This document shows positions 32,972-48,600 of a DNA stretch of 64,000 bases, piece after piece. Source of the stretch: Paraspadella gotoi. Its lineage: Eukaryota; Animalia; Chaetognatha. The translations under genes and the position numbers were made by a program. The notes beneath the pieces were generated by a model, which was not told the DNA's origin, made no database searches, and worked only from the letters and a program-made list of their open reading frames with translations. Every line of letters begins with the position of its first letter. Position 1 is the first letter of the stretch. Location: NCBI GenBank assembly GCA_051294375.1, contig CM119269.1, positions 9,546,782-9,610,781 of the forward strand, in the 5' to 3' direction.

Positions 32972-33989
32972 NNNNNNNNNNNNNNNNNNNNNNNNNNNNN
33001 NNNNNNNNNNNNNNNNNNNNNNNNNNNNNNNNNNNNNNNNNNNNNNNNNNNNNNNNNNNNNNNNNNNNNNNNNNNNNNNNNNNNNNNNNNNNNNNNNNNN
33101 NNNNNNNNNNNNNNNNNNNNNNNNNNNNNNNNNNNNNNNNNNNNNNNNNNNNNNNNNNNNNNNNNNNNNNNNNNNNNNNNNNNNNAGAGAGAGATATATT
33201 TTCTTGAGAAGACCCCGAGGATAAAAAATACGGCGGCTTCGATAACGATGCCGGGTGAGATGAGAAAGAGTGGAGAGAGGAATGAAGAGGAAGAGAGGGA
33301 GGGAGAAGGAGAAGAGAGAAGGAGGAAGGAGGAAGGAAAAAAAGATCAAGGATGCGAAAAGAGAAAAATAAAAAAACGGTAAAAATAGAAGCGAAAACAA
33401 AGTAAATAGAAAAAAGTAAATAGGAAAAAAAAAGTCTCCCTAGTGGATAGAAACTGTTTAAGGAACAAAGGTTCAGTCAAGCTTGAAAAAAAAGTAGAGA
33501 GTGGGGAAGGGGGGCAAAGTAGTTCTAAGTTTGAAAGAAAGGTGGGAGTAAAAAGCATTTGTCTGTTTTGAAGCCTAAAGGGATGGCGTCTAAATAAAGA
33601 GCTGAAATTAAAGGAAATAATGGGGTTTAGAAATAGCGAGACGGATATAAAGAGATGGGCTTTGTACGGGACTTGATTTATTTCTTTGGGCTAAAGGGAA
33701 TGATTGGGGAAAAGCAAAATATCTTGAATTGGGGCAAAGGGATTGATTTGGTACAGGCCAACAATCTTTGCCTTGGGCTAAAGTGATTTGGGTTTGAAGG
33801 ACTGAGCATTAAGGCGGGCCAGAATTTAAACTTTTTTACATCTTTTTCTGCTATAAAATTATTTTGTCCATTTATAACCAAATTGACTTATGATGTTAGA
33901 TTTTGAATTAATTCATTTTCCTCACGCATGGAAACATTTTAAAAATATATAAGAAAAGCTTAAAAATTTTTTTGGGAAATTTTAATTTT

Positions 33990-34225
33990 TAAAAATGGAT
34001 TCTGATAAAGATTAAAAAGTTAGATAAAAATTAGTATTACAAATTTTAAAAATTTTAATGATAAATGGGTTTAAATTTTAAAAAAACTTAAAAAATCATC
34101 ATCATCAGCATCAAATTAATTTGATAGTTTTTATTAATTCATTCAGACAAATCATTACAATTTCAAAAAATTATAATAATAACCTTTATCTAACTTTTTA
34201 TGCTCTATAAGAATCCGATAAAAAA
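33990..34225. mobile_element. Small AT-rich foldback (MITE-like remnant)
   Basis: GGATTCTGATAAAGATTAAAAAGTTAGATAAA pairs imperfectly with TTTATCTAACTTTTTATGCTCTATAAGAATCC. Confidence 0.45.
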
Positions 34226-34856
34226 TATTTAAATTTAAATATAACAATATTTATACCGGACTTCTGTTATTTTGTAACCGTGTTCCGGCCTTACTGAGAT
34301 TTCAGTTGAGTTAGAGGGATGAGATGAGAAGGGGGGTGAAGTCGTGAAAATACGAGGATAGTGAGATTAAAAACCGCGTGGTAGTTGAGTGAGAGAGATA
34401 AGTGTGAGGGAAAGATGAGAGCAGAGAGGAGAGACGAGAAGAGAGCGATGATAGAGAGAGAGAGAGAGGGGGGTTCGGTGCCGCGGCGATAGTGAAAAAA
34501 AGGGGGTAGGTTACACGAAATGACGTTATATTTTCCACGATTACCTCGTGCCCATAAATTTTGACATGCTGTCAAATAACTAGAGAGAGGAGAAAAATGA
34601 GGAGGGAATTGCGTGAAGGAGGAGGGAGGGGAGGGAGAAAGAAGGAAGAGCGGGAAGTGGGAGGAGAAGAAGGAGAAGAGGAGATCACGGGGGGAAAGAT
34701 GGAGAGGAGGAAGAGGGCTCATGGAGAGGAAGTGAGATAAAACCGCGTGATAGTTGANNNNNNNNNNAAAGTGGGAGTAAGATGGAGGAGAAGGGGGAAG
34801 AGGAGGAGGAAGAGGAAGATAGAGAGAGGACACGCTTTTCGAGCTGAGCAAGGACG

Positions 34857-34917
<61 letters not shown>

Positions 34918-35006
34918 CTGTCAGCGTTTTCACGTGAGACAGAGAAACCGGAACCTCTGTATTCTGTATGATAATGTGTGCAACTTTCCATTTTATGTAT
35001 GTATAC

Positions 35007-35620
35007 TAAGGCGTAGTAAAATTTCTAAATTTAACTTTAATTAAAATTCTAAAAGTGAGGAACGAACAACATTATATTAATGAACATTTATGTAATAAAA
35101 AAAATTATAATAAATTTTACAATTTACGCAGTAGGCCATATTTATACTAGTACTAAATCAATAAATGTTAAAATTTTAAAACAGTTTTTTCTAAGATTTT
35201 TTTACAGATTTGGATTCGTCATAAAAAGTTGATAAAAAGAAATATAACTCTTTATGAAAAATTCCTTCATTAAGTGGGTCAAAAATTAAAAAAAGCTATA
35301 TTTTAAACTGAAAATTAAATTTTTATATATTAAATATAGTTTTTTTAATTTTTAAACCACTTAATGAAAGAATTTTTAAAAATGATTTATATTTTCTTCT
35401 ATCAACTTTTGACGAGGAATTCAAATCTGCAATCAAAATTAAGAAAAGCTTATTTTGAAATTTTTCGATTTTATAAGGATAGTACTATATATATAAATAT
35501 AGCCTACTGCGAAAATTAAAAAACATAAAATTAATTTTTTTTACAAATTAATGTTCACTGATGGTATGTTGTTCATAATTGACTTTTAGAATTTTCGTAT
35601 GTAACTTTCACTACGCCTTA
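35007..35620. mobile_element. 614-bp non-autonomous hAT-superfamily MITE
   Basis: TIR TAAGGCGTAGT...ACTACGCCTTA; 8-bp TSD ATGTATAC (34999-35006 and 35621-35628); arms palindromic nearly to the centre; empty site with a single ATGTATAC at 36594-36601. Confidence 0.92.
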
Positions 35621-36813
35621 ATGTATACACACATTTTTTTATATTTCTTTGAAAGGCTGAAAATGGAAATATGGAAAGGTAAAGGAAAGGAAAGGTATTT
35701 AATATTATTGGCGAACTTATTAAGAGAAAAGATTTATTTTCACAACGAATTATTTGTTTTTAATTGCAGACATCCTCAGCGCAAAACAATTTGTGAAATT
35801 ACAAGATTTAGGCAATGNNNNNNNNNNNNNNNNNNNNNNNNNAAAGAGAGAGATAGAATTTATAATAAAACAATATCTATATTCCGTTGAACTTCTGTAT
35901 TTGTAACCTGTTTCGCCTTAACTGAGATTCCATTTGAGTTAGAGGATGAGAGAGAAGGGGGAGTGAAGTCGAAAAACCGAGGTAAGTAGATAAATGACCT
36001 GCGGTGATAGTTGAGAAGAGAGAGAAAGGGGAAAAGAGAGAGAGAGAGAAGAGAGAGGAGAGAGAGATGGAGAGAGGGGGCGGTTCGTGTCCCGGGAAGT
36101 GAAAAAAAGGGGTGAGTTTAACACGAAAAATGACGTTGATATTTCCCAGACCTCGTGCCCATGGAAATTATGAAGCTGTCAAAACAAGAGAAGGCGGACA
36201 ATGAGGAGGAATGCTGAAGCGCGAGGGAGATGGGGAGGGAGAAGAGGAAGAGCGGGAGGGAGGAGGAGAGAAAGGAGAAGAATACGGGGGAAGAATGGAG
36301 AGGAGGAAGAGGGCTCATGAGAAGAGGAAGTTTTTGTGGGAGAGAAGGGAGTGGATAGGGAGGAGGAAGAGTAAATGAAAATGAAAGTGGGAGTAAGATG
36401 GAGGAGGAAGGGGGAAGAGGAGGAGGAAGAGGAAGATAGATGAGAGGAACACGCTTTACGACTGAGGCAAGGACGAAGCGAGTAGAGAGAGACGAAGAAA
36501 TATTCTGTCAGCGTTTTCACCAGTGTTGAGACAGAGAAACCCGGAAACCTCTGTCATTCTGTATGATAATGTGTGCAACTTTCCATTTTATGTATGTATA
36601 CACCAACATTTTTTTATAATTTCCTTTGAAAGGCCTGAAAATGAAATATGGAAAGGTAAAGGAAAGGAAAGGTATTTAATACTTATTCGGCGAATTTATT
36701 AGAGAAAAGATTGATTTCACAACGAATATTTGTGTTTTATTGCAGGTCATCTTCAGGCGCCAAAACAATTTGTGAAATTACAAAAATTTAGGCAATGTTA
36801 ATACATTAAGTTT

Positions 36814-36848
<35 letters not shown>

Positions 36849-37081
36849 GAGAGAGAGACGAGAGAGAGAGAGAGAAGAGAAGAGACAACCAGAGAGAGAG
36901 AGACGAAATTATAAAAAATATAAATTGAGGAAGATGAAGATAAAGTGAGCGACGACAACGAACACACAACGACAGGAAATCTTCTTCTTCTTCCTCTCTC
37001 GTCCACCATGTTCTTGTTTTCCCTCCCATCCTCGTGTTTACGCACAAACCAAAACAAATAGATTTTTATAACCAACAGAAA

Positions 37082-37223
37082 TGACAATCGGCCTGTAGTT
37101 GACTGACAGTCCACTGACTGTCGCCTAATAGTCGCTTGACAGTCGCTTGACTGTCGCCCGATTGTCAATTGACAGTCGCCTGACAGTCGCCAAAAATTTT
37201 GCTTGACAGTCGCCTGACAGTCC
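37082..37223. repeat. 11-bp tandem repeat TGACAGTCGC(C/T), degenerate, ~10 units
   Basis: gtcgcttgaca/gtcgcctgaca units; copy at ~62905-63060. Confidence 0.8.
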
Positions 37224-37784
37224 CTTTACATTCAGCTGTTCTGTTGTCGATCAAAAAGGCGAAATAATTTTTTTTGACCATACAGCTGTCTTAAGAATGC
37301 CAGTGATTTTTTGATACGCATTTTGGCTAACTTGTCAATTTAATGATTGAGCAGCTGTTCGTTCTTAAATCTGATCTGATAGTCAGTTAACTATTCCAAT
37401 CATTTTTGTATTTAGTTGATGAATTTCAGCTCACTTCTTTATTTGACTAATAAATGCATTGAATTAAATGTTTTACTATGCATAACTAGCTATACCAAAT
37501 TGTTCAATCGATGTAATAAGCTGGCAGCAGGCAGCAGGTAGTCTCTCTGACCAATCAGGCTTACAATCTAGCCACAGTTTGAATCTCAACCGGCATTTTC
37601 AGGCCACAGGTTTAGCTGCCCGTTTTTAGAACTGCGGGCAGCCAGATAGACCGACAGACCGACCAATCTATTACCCTTTGCCCTCATACTGAACCCGTCT
37701 GTCGGTTCGACCGTCCGATTAGTCGGGCCAGATGATCATGACTGCCGGACACGTTTGCGGTTTTGTGCGGACAGATCGAATTTG

Positions 37785-37849
<65 letters not shown>

Positions 37850-38456
37850 CCCCTTTATTAAGTATCTGTCCCCCTCTGACTCATTTTTTCTCTCCCCCCA
37901 ATCCCATTTAAAGCCGTTGTCCCTTTTCAAATATAAATCCCAATATAAGTAAAATATTTTAAAATTTAAACATAATTTCAAAGCAAAAGTGTGAGACATA
38001 ATTCGATCCACATTATTAATAATTACAGGGCGAAGCTATTAGATAATCTTGTGGAGGGCGCAACGAAAAATAAACTATTACAAAGTTCGTGAAAAAATTT
38101 ATGTTGGACGAAGCGGATATTTTTGTAACAAGAGCCTTGAACATAAAGAGAAAAAGAAAAATGGAAAAAAAAAGGGAAAAAACGAAAATAAAAAGAAAAA
38201 CATTAAAGCCAAAAGACAATTTAATTTCATTTAATATCTATCCAAATTTCCCCTGACTTTGAACAGGCTATGGTTGTTTAGGGACTTCATCAAACTTACA
38301 AGATAATGACATAGCAGGTCCCTACAAGTTTTCAATCAAGTCTTTCTCACAGTCTCGTTACAGGGTGCCTGGGTAACTGGATTCCCGAATAGTAAATTGG
38401 TGTAATATTTCAAAGAACGTTTCAAGAACCACTCCCTCAGGTATTTGATAGGGTTT

Positions 38457-38458
38457 AA

Positions 38459-38545
<87 letters not shown>
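38457..38545. repeat. (AAT)n microsatellite
   Basis: About 30 AAT units with one interruption. Confidence 0.95.
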
Positions 38546-38546
<1 letters not shown>

Positions 38547-39070
38547 TTTATTTTTCATACATGATTTTGAAGGAATAAAATATTTCGCACTTTCCGAGAA
38601 AATAATAAAAATTAAAAATTAAATTAATAATTAAAAATTTAGTAGAATTCTGGAAGAGGTAACACCCCTCTGCTTAACGAGAGTTCTTAAGGGGAACGAC
38701 GATGACTCATAAATCAAAATTAAAACTTGGAGTTGCGTCAGAACGTCAAGAAGCAATGAAGAGTAAAGAGAACGATAACGGAATAAGGTGACGTCAATGC
38801 GGGAAGAGAGAGAGAGAGAGAATTCCTCTCTTTGTTGTGCTTTTTCTTTATTCTTTCTTGTTTCTTCTCTTTTTTTCTGAGGTCTTCTTCTTCTTAAGTC
38901 CTTCTTTTCTTTTTTGTCTTTTTCTTCTCTCTCTTTCTATGGTTTCTTTACTTTTTTTTTTTTTCAAGAAGATCTGAAATTCTTTTTTTTGCCACCCTTT
39001 TTAGTTAATGCTCTTCGTAATTGTTTTTTCCTAACCGCTCATTAACTATTTGATTCATCTCTCTTTCTAC

Positions 39071-39124
<54 letters not shown>

Positions 39125-39149
39125 NNNNNNNNNNNNNNNNNNNNNNNNN

Positions 39150-41905
<2,756 letters not shown>

Positions 41906-42097
41906 TTGAATTCTTTTTTTTTTTCCTTTTTGTTAATCTTGTATTTTTTTCCTCCTAAGCGCGCTATTAACATGAGTTTCTCCTCTCTTATCTCTCTCTC
42001 CNNNNNNNNNNNNNNNNNNNNNNNNNTTAAAGACAAATCCGGTTACAACCTCCGAGTGCAGAAACAAAAGGACTCGTTTCAAGCATCGTAATTCGCC

Positions 42098-42990
42098 ATG
42101 AACCTCAGCGCCAGTCGCCTGATTCAACGCCTGTTTCCTCGCCTGTCTCTGGCCAAAGACTCCGCCTGGTCGATCGTCATCGTCGTCAGCGGCTTCGTCG
42201 TCATGTTCCTCTTGATCGGCATCAATCACGCGTTGGGTAAGGTCTTTTTTTGAGGGGGGCCTTTGGCCTTTGGCCTTTGGCCTCTGGTTAAAGGTTTTTT
42301 GCGAAATGTTATTTTTGTTGAGTTTTTTTAAATAATTTTTAAATTTTTAACATTGGCCGACTATGTCATTATGTTGTAAGAGTTATGAAGGCCTTAAACG
42401 ACCAAAGCCTATCCAAAGTCAGGGGCAAGATAGCTTATTTATTAAATGAATGGATAATTTTATATTGGTTGTATCAATTTCTTTAAGAAAATTATTTGCT
42501 TTATTCAAAATATAAATGATTCGATTCTCAATCACCCTGTAAATCTCACGACAGGGTCTTTCATCGAGGTTTGGCGCTTGGAATTCTCTTCCCCTCATTC
42601 GACTCTCATTTGGATACAAAGTCTCGGCTTCGGGTTCAACGTCTTGTCTCCCGTTCACGCCGTCGTCTTGAGGAAATTGTCGGGGAGAGTCGTCGTCGCA
42701 ATCGTCGCCGTCGTCGTCGCCGTTGCGTGAGTTGGGGAAGTTTTAAATTAAAAAAAGTATAACGGAGACTTATTTATTAATCATTATGTATACTACTCTC
42801 TTGAGATAATGACTACAAAGATTGTGAGAAAGAATTGATTGAAAGCTTGCTCTCTAGAAAGAGAAAGAAAGAATAAAAAATTTTTTTTAATTAATGGACA
42901 ATCTTTATAGTAAATAGATTTCAAAACAAAATCTTTATTAAACTTATTGGAATAGGTAGTGATTAAATAGTTCCTGACACTTTCACTTTG

Positions 42991-43043
<53 letters not shown>

Positions 43044-43420
43044 ATTAAATACTCAACAAATTACCCAACTATTTTAAGCTATATCGTCGCCTCCTGGACG
43101 GCAAAGTCTGCAACGGCGTTGATTTTGCTTCTTGGTTTGGTTCCATTCTGCTTCGCTGGTTCCATCATGATGTTCGCAATGAATCTGATAGGTATGGCCC
43201 GGCATTTCGCAGTATTGTGTCGTAATATTGCCTTTGTTACAGTATTTAGAGTATTTATCTTGGTTTTCAACAGGCAGAGCCTCAGTAAAGCATCGTTCAT
43301 TGGCCTATGGAATCTCAAATGGAGGAGCGCCGATTGGAACGATGGTGCTGCCTCTCTTGGCCGATTTCGTTACTGCGAGGTGGGGGAAATAACAATATAG
43401 ACAAGTCCAAGTCTTTTCTC

Positions 43421-43461
<41 letters not shown>

Positions 43462-43492
43462 TTTCTTTCTTTCTTTATTTATTATTTATTAT

Positions 43493-43526
<34 letters not shown>

Positions 43527-43634
43527 TTTATTTATTTTTCTATATTTCTTTCTTCTTTCTTTCTTCTTTCTTTCTTATCTTTCTTCTTTTCTCTATTTAT
43601 TTCTTTTCTCTCTTCATCTCTCCTCTCTCCTCTC

Positions 43635-43709
<75 letters not shown>

Positions 43710-43994
43710 TCTCTCATCTCTCCTCCGGCACGGGATGGAAAATCTTCTCGTCACAATGCTCGGTCATGTCTCTGGTTCCTCATCTTCCTTTTCTCCGTCG
43801 TTCATGATTGAACTGGACGAAGATAAGCCGGACAATGTCAACAAAGACCGATTGCGTTGGCAATCTACCGAATTGGCGTCGGCAAGAACGGATTGCGTCG
43901 GAATTTTGGCAATCGACGAAAAAACGGAATCGCAGAATCGGCCATCGAGGCAAAGAAGAACCATCTGACGTCATAAATTGAAATGAATTGAAGA
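42098..43994 (+). CDS. SLC16 / monocarboxylate-transporter-like MFS protein, N-terminal half (5 exons; exon 5 frameshifted by probable sequence errors)
   Basis: Exons 42098-42236, 42555-42726, 43079-43191 and 43274-43379 (GT-AG, phases 1,2,1,2) and ~43728-43994. GCCATG start. KDSAWSIVIVVSGFVVMFLLIGINHALG (TM1 motif), LIWIQS, KHRSLAYGISNGGAPIGTMVLPLL..HGWK (MCT TM5 motif), then a hydrophilic central loop. Confidence 0.8.
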
Positions 43995-44139
43995 GTAAGC
44001 TCCCAGAATACCATGCATTTTTGAAAGTTCACTGATACATGCAAAGTTTCTTGTGCCAAATTTAAGTGGAGAAAACGAATATCACAATAAAAAATTTCCT
44101 GAATGGCTTTTGATGGATTGTTCTATGCCCAGTTTTTGC

Positions 44140-45610
44140 GTCGTACCACTTCCGGTTTTAAAAATTCAAATTTTTTTGAAGAAAAATGAGCCTGTTATTC
44201 AGCCAGCATACTAAAATAATCAAATAAAATCTATTTATAACCTTAATAACTCAATTTATTGTTGTTGGTTATAAATAAGTGTTAAATTATTATTACAAAG
44301 ACTTAAATAGAAATTATTAGTTTTTTTAAGCCAAATCGTCCCTGACCAAATTCTAATAAGAATTTTATAAGAAAGTATAATTTGTTATACAAATAGAACT
44401 TCTAAGGGATTTAAATATTAAATATCCTTAAGCCAAGATATTGGCCTTTAAAGGTTTGCCAAATGATGCAAAAAAAGAAAGTAGCTAATTAATAAAAGGC
44501 GCTTTGCTTTTGTGGCTAGCAAGCCTCCCACTCAACCTTAACCTCTCCCCCAAACCCTAAACCTTAGCCCAGGCCTTTTATTCATTTGCAAGCCTCAACC
44601 CTGATCTTAATGTCCAGGTACAACTAGTACAAGCTAACAGCAAAATTATCATATTGCCAAGTTGCTATTGATTAAGTGCAATTTTACCCAGCTCATGAAA
44701 GGATAAAAGCTTGCGGTTAAGGTTAGGAGCTATGGAGAAGAAATTAAAGATTAAAGTTTAGCCTTATGATGGCCAGGAGCAGGGAAGCCTCAGTTGAGGC
44801 TCAGAGTTTGAGCCTGCAGCTGAGGTGAGGGTTTTGGTGATAGTCTATAAAGTGTGCAGGGTTAGGGTTCTGCGGAATGATTAAAACGATGGAGGCCTAG
44901 GCTAGGGTTAGGGCTAAGGAAGTGGCTCTCTGCAGATGTTACAGCGTGAGCCAGGAAACTGGTAAAGTTTGGATCAGGACTGGTTTTGGTTAAGGTTCAG
45001 CAGAAGTACACTAGCTTGGGTTAAGGTTACGGGGAAAGGTGCTCGGGTTAAGATTCGACTTGGGGTAAGACAAGAAGTTTCACATTAGGTTAGGGCTAGG
45101 GTTAGGGTTAGATTATGCCCAAGCTAGGGAAACTGATTAAGATTAAAAGTTGTTTAGGGCCCGGTTAGGGTTTGGGTTTGAGAGAAGAGGCTTGCTAGCT
45201 GCAAAAGGCCAAGTCGCTTCCATCTTATTCGCTATCTTTATTTTGCTACTTTGTTAAACTTTTTTAAAGGGTCAATATCTTGGTTTAAAGATTAAAAGAT
45301 ATTTAAAATCCCCTTTGAGCAGTTTCTAATTTGTTAACCAGATAGTACAAATTTTATTAAAATTAGTGGAGTAGTTTGATAGGGCCAATTTGCTTAAAAA
45401 AATTATGAATTTTTAAACTTGAGTACGCCTACTCTTGTATATATTATCATATTTCACCCTAATGACTAATTTTAAACCAAAACAAAAAATATAATAATTA
45501 AGGGTTCTGATTGGTAACTTTATTCTGCTGGGCATGCAACTCTCTACGATTATCAGTTTTTTGAATTTAACATTATTAATTCTAAACTGAGATAAGTAGT
45601 TGATTAGTGC
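44140..45610. mobile_element. ~1.45-kb foldback element with long diverged TIRs and a degenerate TTAGGG-like core
   Basis: GCTAGCAAGCCTC (44515) vs GAGGCTTGCTAGC (45187); CCAAGATATTG (44433) vs CAATATCTTGG (45273); GGGATTTAAATAT vs ATATTTAAAATCCC; core with GGTTAGGGTT and GGCTAGGGTTAGGGTTAG. Confidence 0.6.
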
Positions 45611-48600
45611 CACAAATAAAAAAAAACTAAAGTTTTGAGCCCCAGTTCACTTTTAAACCATGCAACACCAAAAATTTACAAATTCAACTAAATACTCTCT
45701 TATAAAAAATCCGAGAGAAAGAAAAAATGGTAAATAAAAAAACGACATTCGCATTAAAGCTAAATTTTCTACTATTTGATGATACCATCATTTCTAGAAC
45801 ATATATCAGCTATAGACTTAGTCAGCAGAATTCGAAAAGGATAATGAATTATACGAAAATACATAAATTGTTTTGAGCATCCGAGAAAATTTTTTTTAGT
45901 GGATTTTATTGCTTTTATCTTGTATTTAAATATTATCAATATCATACACAGCAAAACATTCATATTATTATTTGAAACACAAGAAAACGTTAACATATAC
46001 ATATAAAACCATGCAAAAAATAGGTATACTTGGTTAACTAATTTAGAAAGAAGTTTAAAAAACAAGTTATTTCTCACAGAAAGGAACTTTTCTATAGGAC
46101 CCTCCGCCGCGTCTTCACGAAAATAGAAATGTAGAATTAAAAGAATCATTAAATAAATGTGATAATACTTCCCTCATTGGACGAGCTCTTAAATTTTGAA
46201 GAGGACCCTTATAGATCACAACAGATTTCGTGAGAGTTTTGCCAACAAAATTAAAGCATGTGCACCGAGACAATAGAGTGGACATAATAAGTAATGACAC
46301 CACAATCAACATAACGCAGTCGCTCACCGCGTGATACTCCGTCTTACGGTGAAGGGACAACGCGACACGGCTAGTCGTCAGTCACCTCAACATAAACCGG
46401 CTCCCCAACCCTCTCCGAGGAGAGCATAGTTCGAGAGAAAGAATCTTTTCAGCCCAGCGAGCTCTGCCACTTCAAAAGAGCTGATTGTCTAACAGTCCAT
46501 TCACAAGAAGTTACGTGTCTCATTGTGAGTTTCAAGCAAATCTGTTTTATCCTTCTTGCTATGTCTCTGCTCTCTCTAAGGCTGTTGCATTCCATACAGC
46601 TTCTCTACTTGGAATTTACCTACAATCATCTTATTATGTCTATGGAATTCTAGAGAGCCGTAAACTTGACAACTTTTGTATTAGAACCAATAGAATCTGT
46701 ATTAGCAATCAGTAGTTAGCGTATCTCTGGACCCTCCACTGCTAGCGTCCACGACACGAAATCCTGTTTTGGCCACGAGCGGAAATAGTGCTCCGAAACT
46801 CTGGATATTAGATCCATCTTGTACAAAATATGTATCTCACATTCATGAATCTGATTCAATGAAGAGAGTCTTCGAGATTAGTTAATTATGCAGCTCCTTG
46901 AGAGCTATTTATGAATGTTCACTACAAAATTACAAATGCAATATTTTTAAAACATCCAAGTTTATGCCCACAATACCACCAAGACGAGCAGTAGAGAGAG
47001 ACGAATGAATAGCGTGTACTAGAGAAAAAATCGAGATAGAAGATACATCCTGAGCACCTTTCAACGGTGGACGGACTGTTAAAGTTGTGAACTTGTAATT
47101 GTTCTGTGACATAGCAAAACTTCCTACAATTTTTTTTTTTTCTTGAAAAGAAAAAGACAGACACAACAGAGAAACAAATGAGAGAGAGGATCGAGGAACT
47201 GGTCGTCGGAAAAGCGGGGCATCAATGTTAAAAATTTTTAACAACTCCTAAATTGTTTTAAAACAGATATTAGGAGCGAGCGTTTTAAAATTCAGAGAAG
47301 GATTTGAAAAAAACAGTGGGCGGGATGCGGCGACCGGGCCCAGGGTGAACTTCCCTGGACCGCAGAGAGAGGCAGGAGGATCTCATCGCAACTAGTATGA
47401 TTAAATCATGTTGACCTCCTCTCCACACACACATTTATTTTCAGGTTCGCAAACATTGGGTCGCTGAAAATCTTGTCTTTAAAATATCCAAACTCGCGAC
47501 CCAAATTGTTCTTCTCATGGCGGGAAGATAACCAAAACAGAGCGGCGCTGTTAAGTATCTACGGGCAGAGTTGCTGACATACCGGCGTGCGTGATCTATC
47601 TGTGGCCGACCCCACCATGGAAACTCCTCAGACAATCAAAATCTCCGACGTTTTGTTCTTGTCCTGTTATCGGACCGTCGATGTAGGAAAAATTGCCATC
47701 GCAACCTATCGATCCTACATCGGGAGACGGAGATTTCACTCCTGGGCTCTCGACTGCCGCACCGGCCTGTTTCTCACTTCTTTAGACTCTCTCGGTGATG
47801 ATTGGAGAGCAGAGCAGAACGTTCGAGCACAGCCCGTCTTAGCTCGCACCGGATATTGTGGGAGAGAGTATGAGAAGAAATCCACGCCGAGGGGGGGCGG
47901 ATAACCGAAGCAGTCCAGTGAGGAGGCGCCGGAACACGAGGTCGGCCATATGGGAATCGGTTATTGAGTAAGGAGAGCGCACGGTTGGGAGCATCGGAAC
48001 GAGAGAAGAGGAGAGCGATGTGGAGAGAAAGAGAGAAGAGAGAGAGGAGCGAGACGGACGAGAGAGAAGAACGACGAGTAGCGAAGGTGCCGAGATGGTG
48101 AGAGAGAGAGAGAGAGAGAAGAGAGAGAAGGAGCATGAGAGCAAGAATGAGAGATAGAAGGAGAGCAGAGAGAAGAAATTGATACTCGAGACTTCTCGAT
48201 GATGGGCTGAATCCACGGTTTCGACAAGAACACCGCTCCCGGATTTGCACAAAGGCATCCCCGGGCAAAAGCGGTATTACTCGGCGCCCGCGGAGATCGG
48301 TCATCGGAGCCAAAAAAAGAAATAAAAATAAAAAGGGAAACCGCGATGAGAGCGGGTGGCACGAACGGAGCAGGGAGGTTGCACACACTTGCGACTATTG
48401 CTGCAAAAACCAACGAGACGACGTTGAAGCGATGAGGTAGAGAACGGTTGCCCGGTTCGATCGAGCGCGCTCTTCCCGAAAAATCTTCTGCGCTATGATT
48501 TTTTCTCTCGGCGTTCTAGTTGCTCTTATCCAGGTTCAAACACTATCGGTGATTTTCTAAGGTGGGCCTGTAAAATGCAAAATTGGTGAGGGGTTCCACT

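Larger units (their letters stand above)
30696..38160 (+). repeat. Segment duplicated (noisily) at 58622-64000; contains an internal tandem overlap 34240-35817 / 35865-36800
   Basis: TGCGTGAGCTGTCTGAAGTGAAGG at 30696 and 58622; colinear to AGCCTTGAACATAA (38133/63971). Confidence 0.9.

Noticed and set aside
44535-45180. True telomere or chromosome-fusion site
   Set aside because: Hexamers are sparse, degenerate and enclosed by inverted arms; no long perfect (TTAGGG)n.
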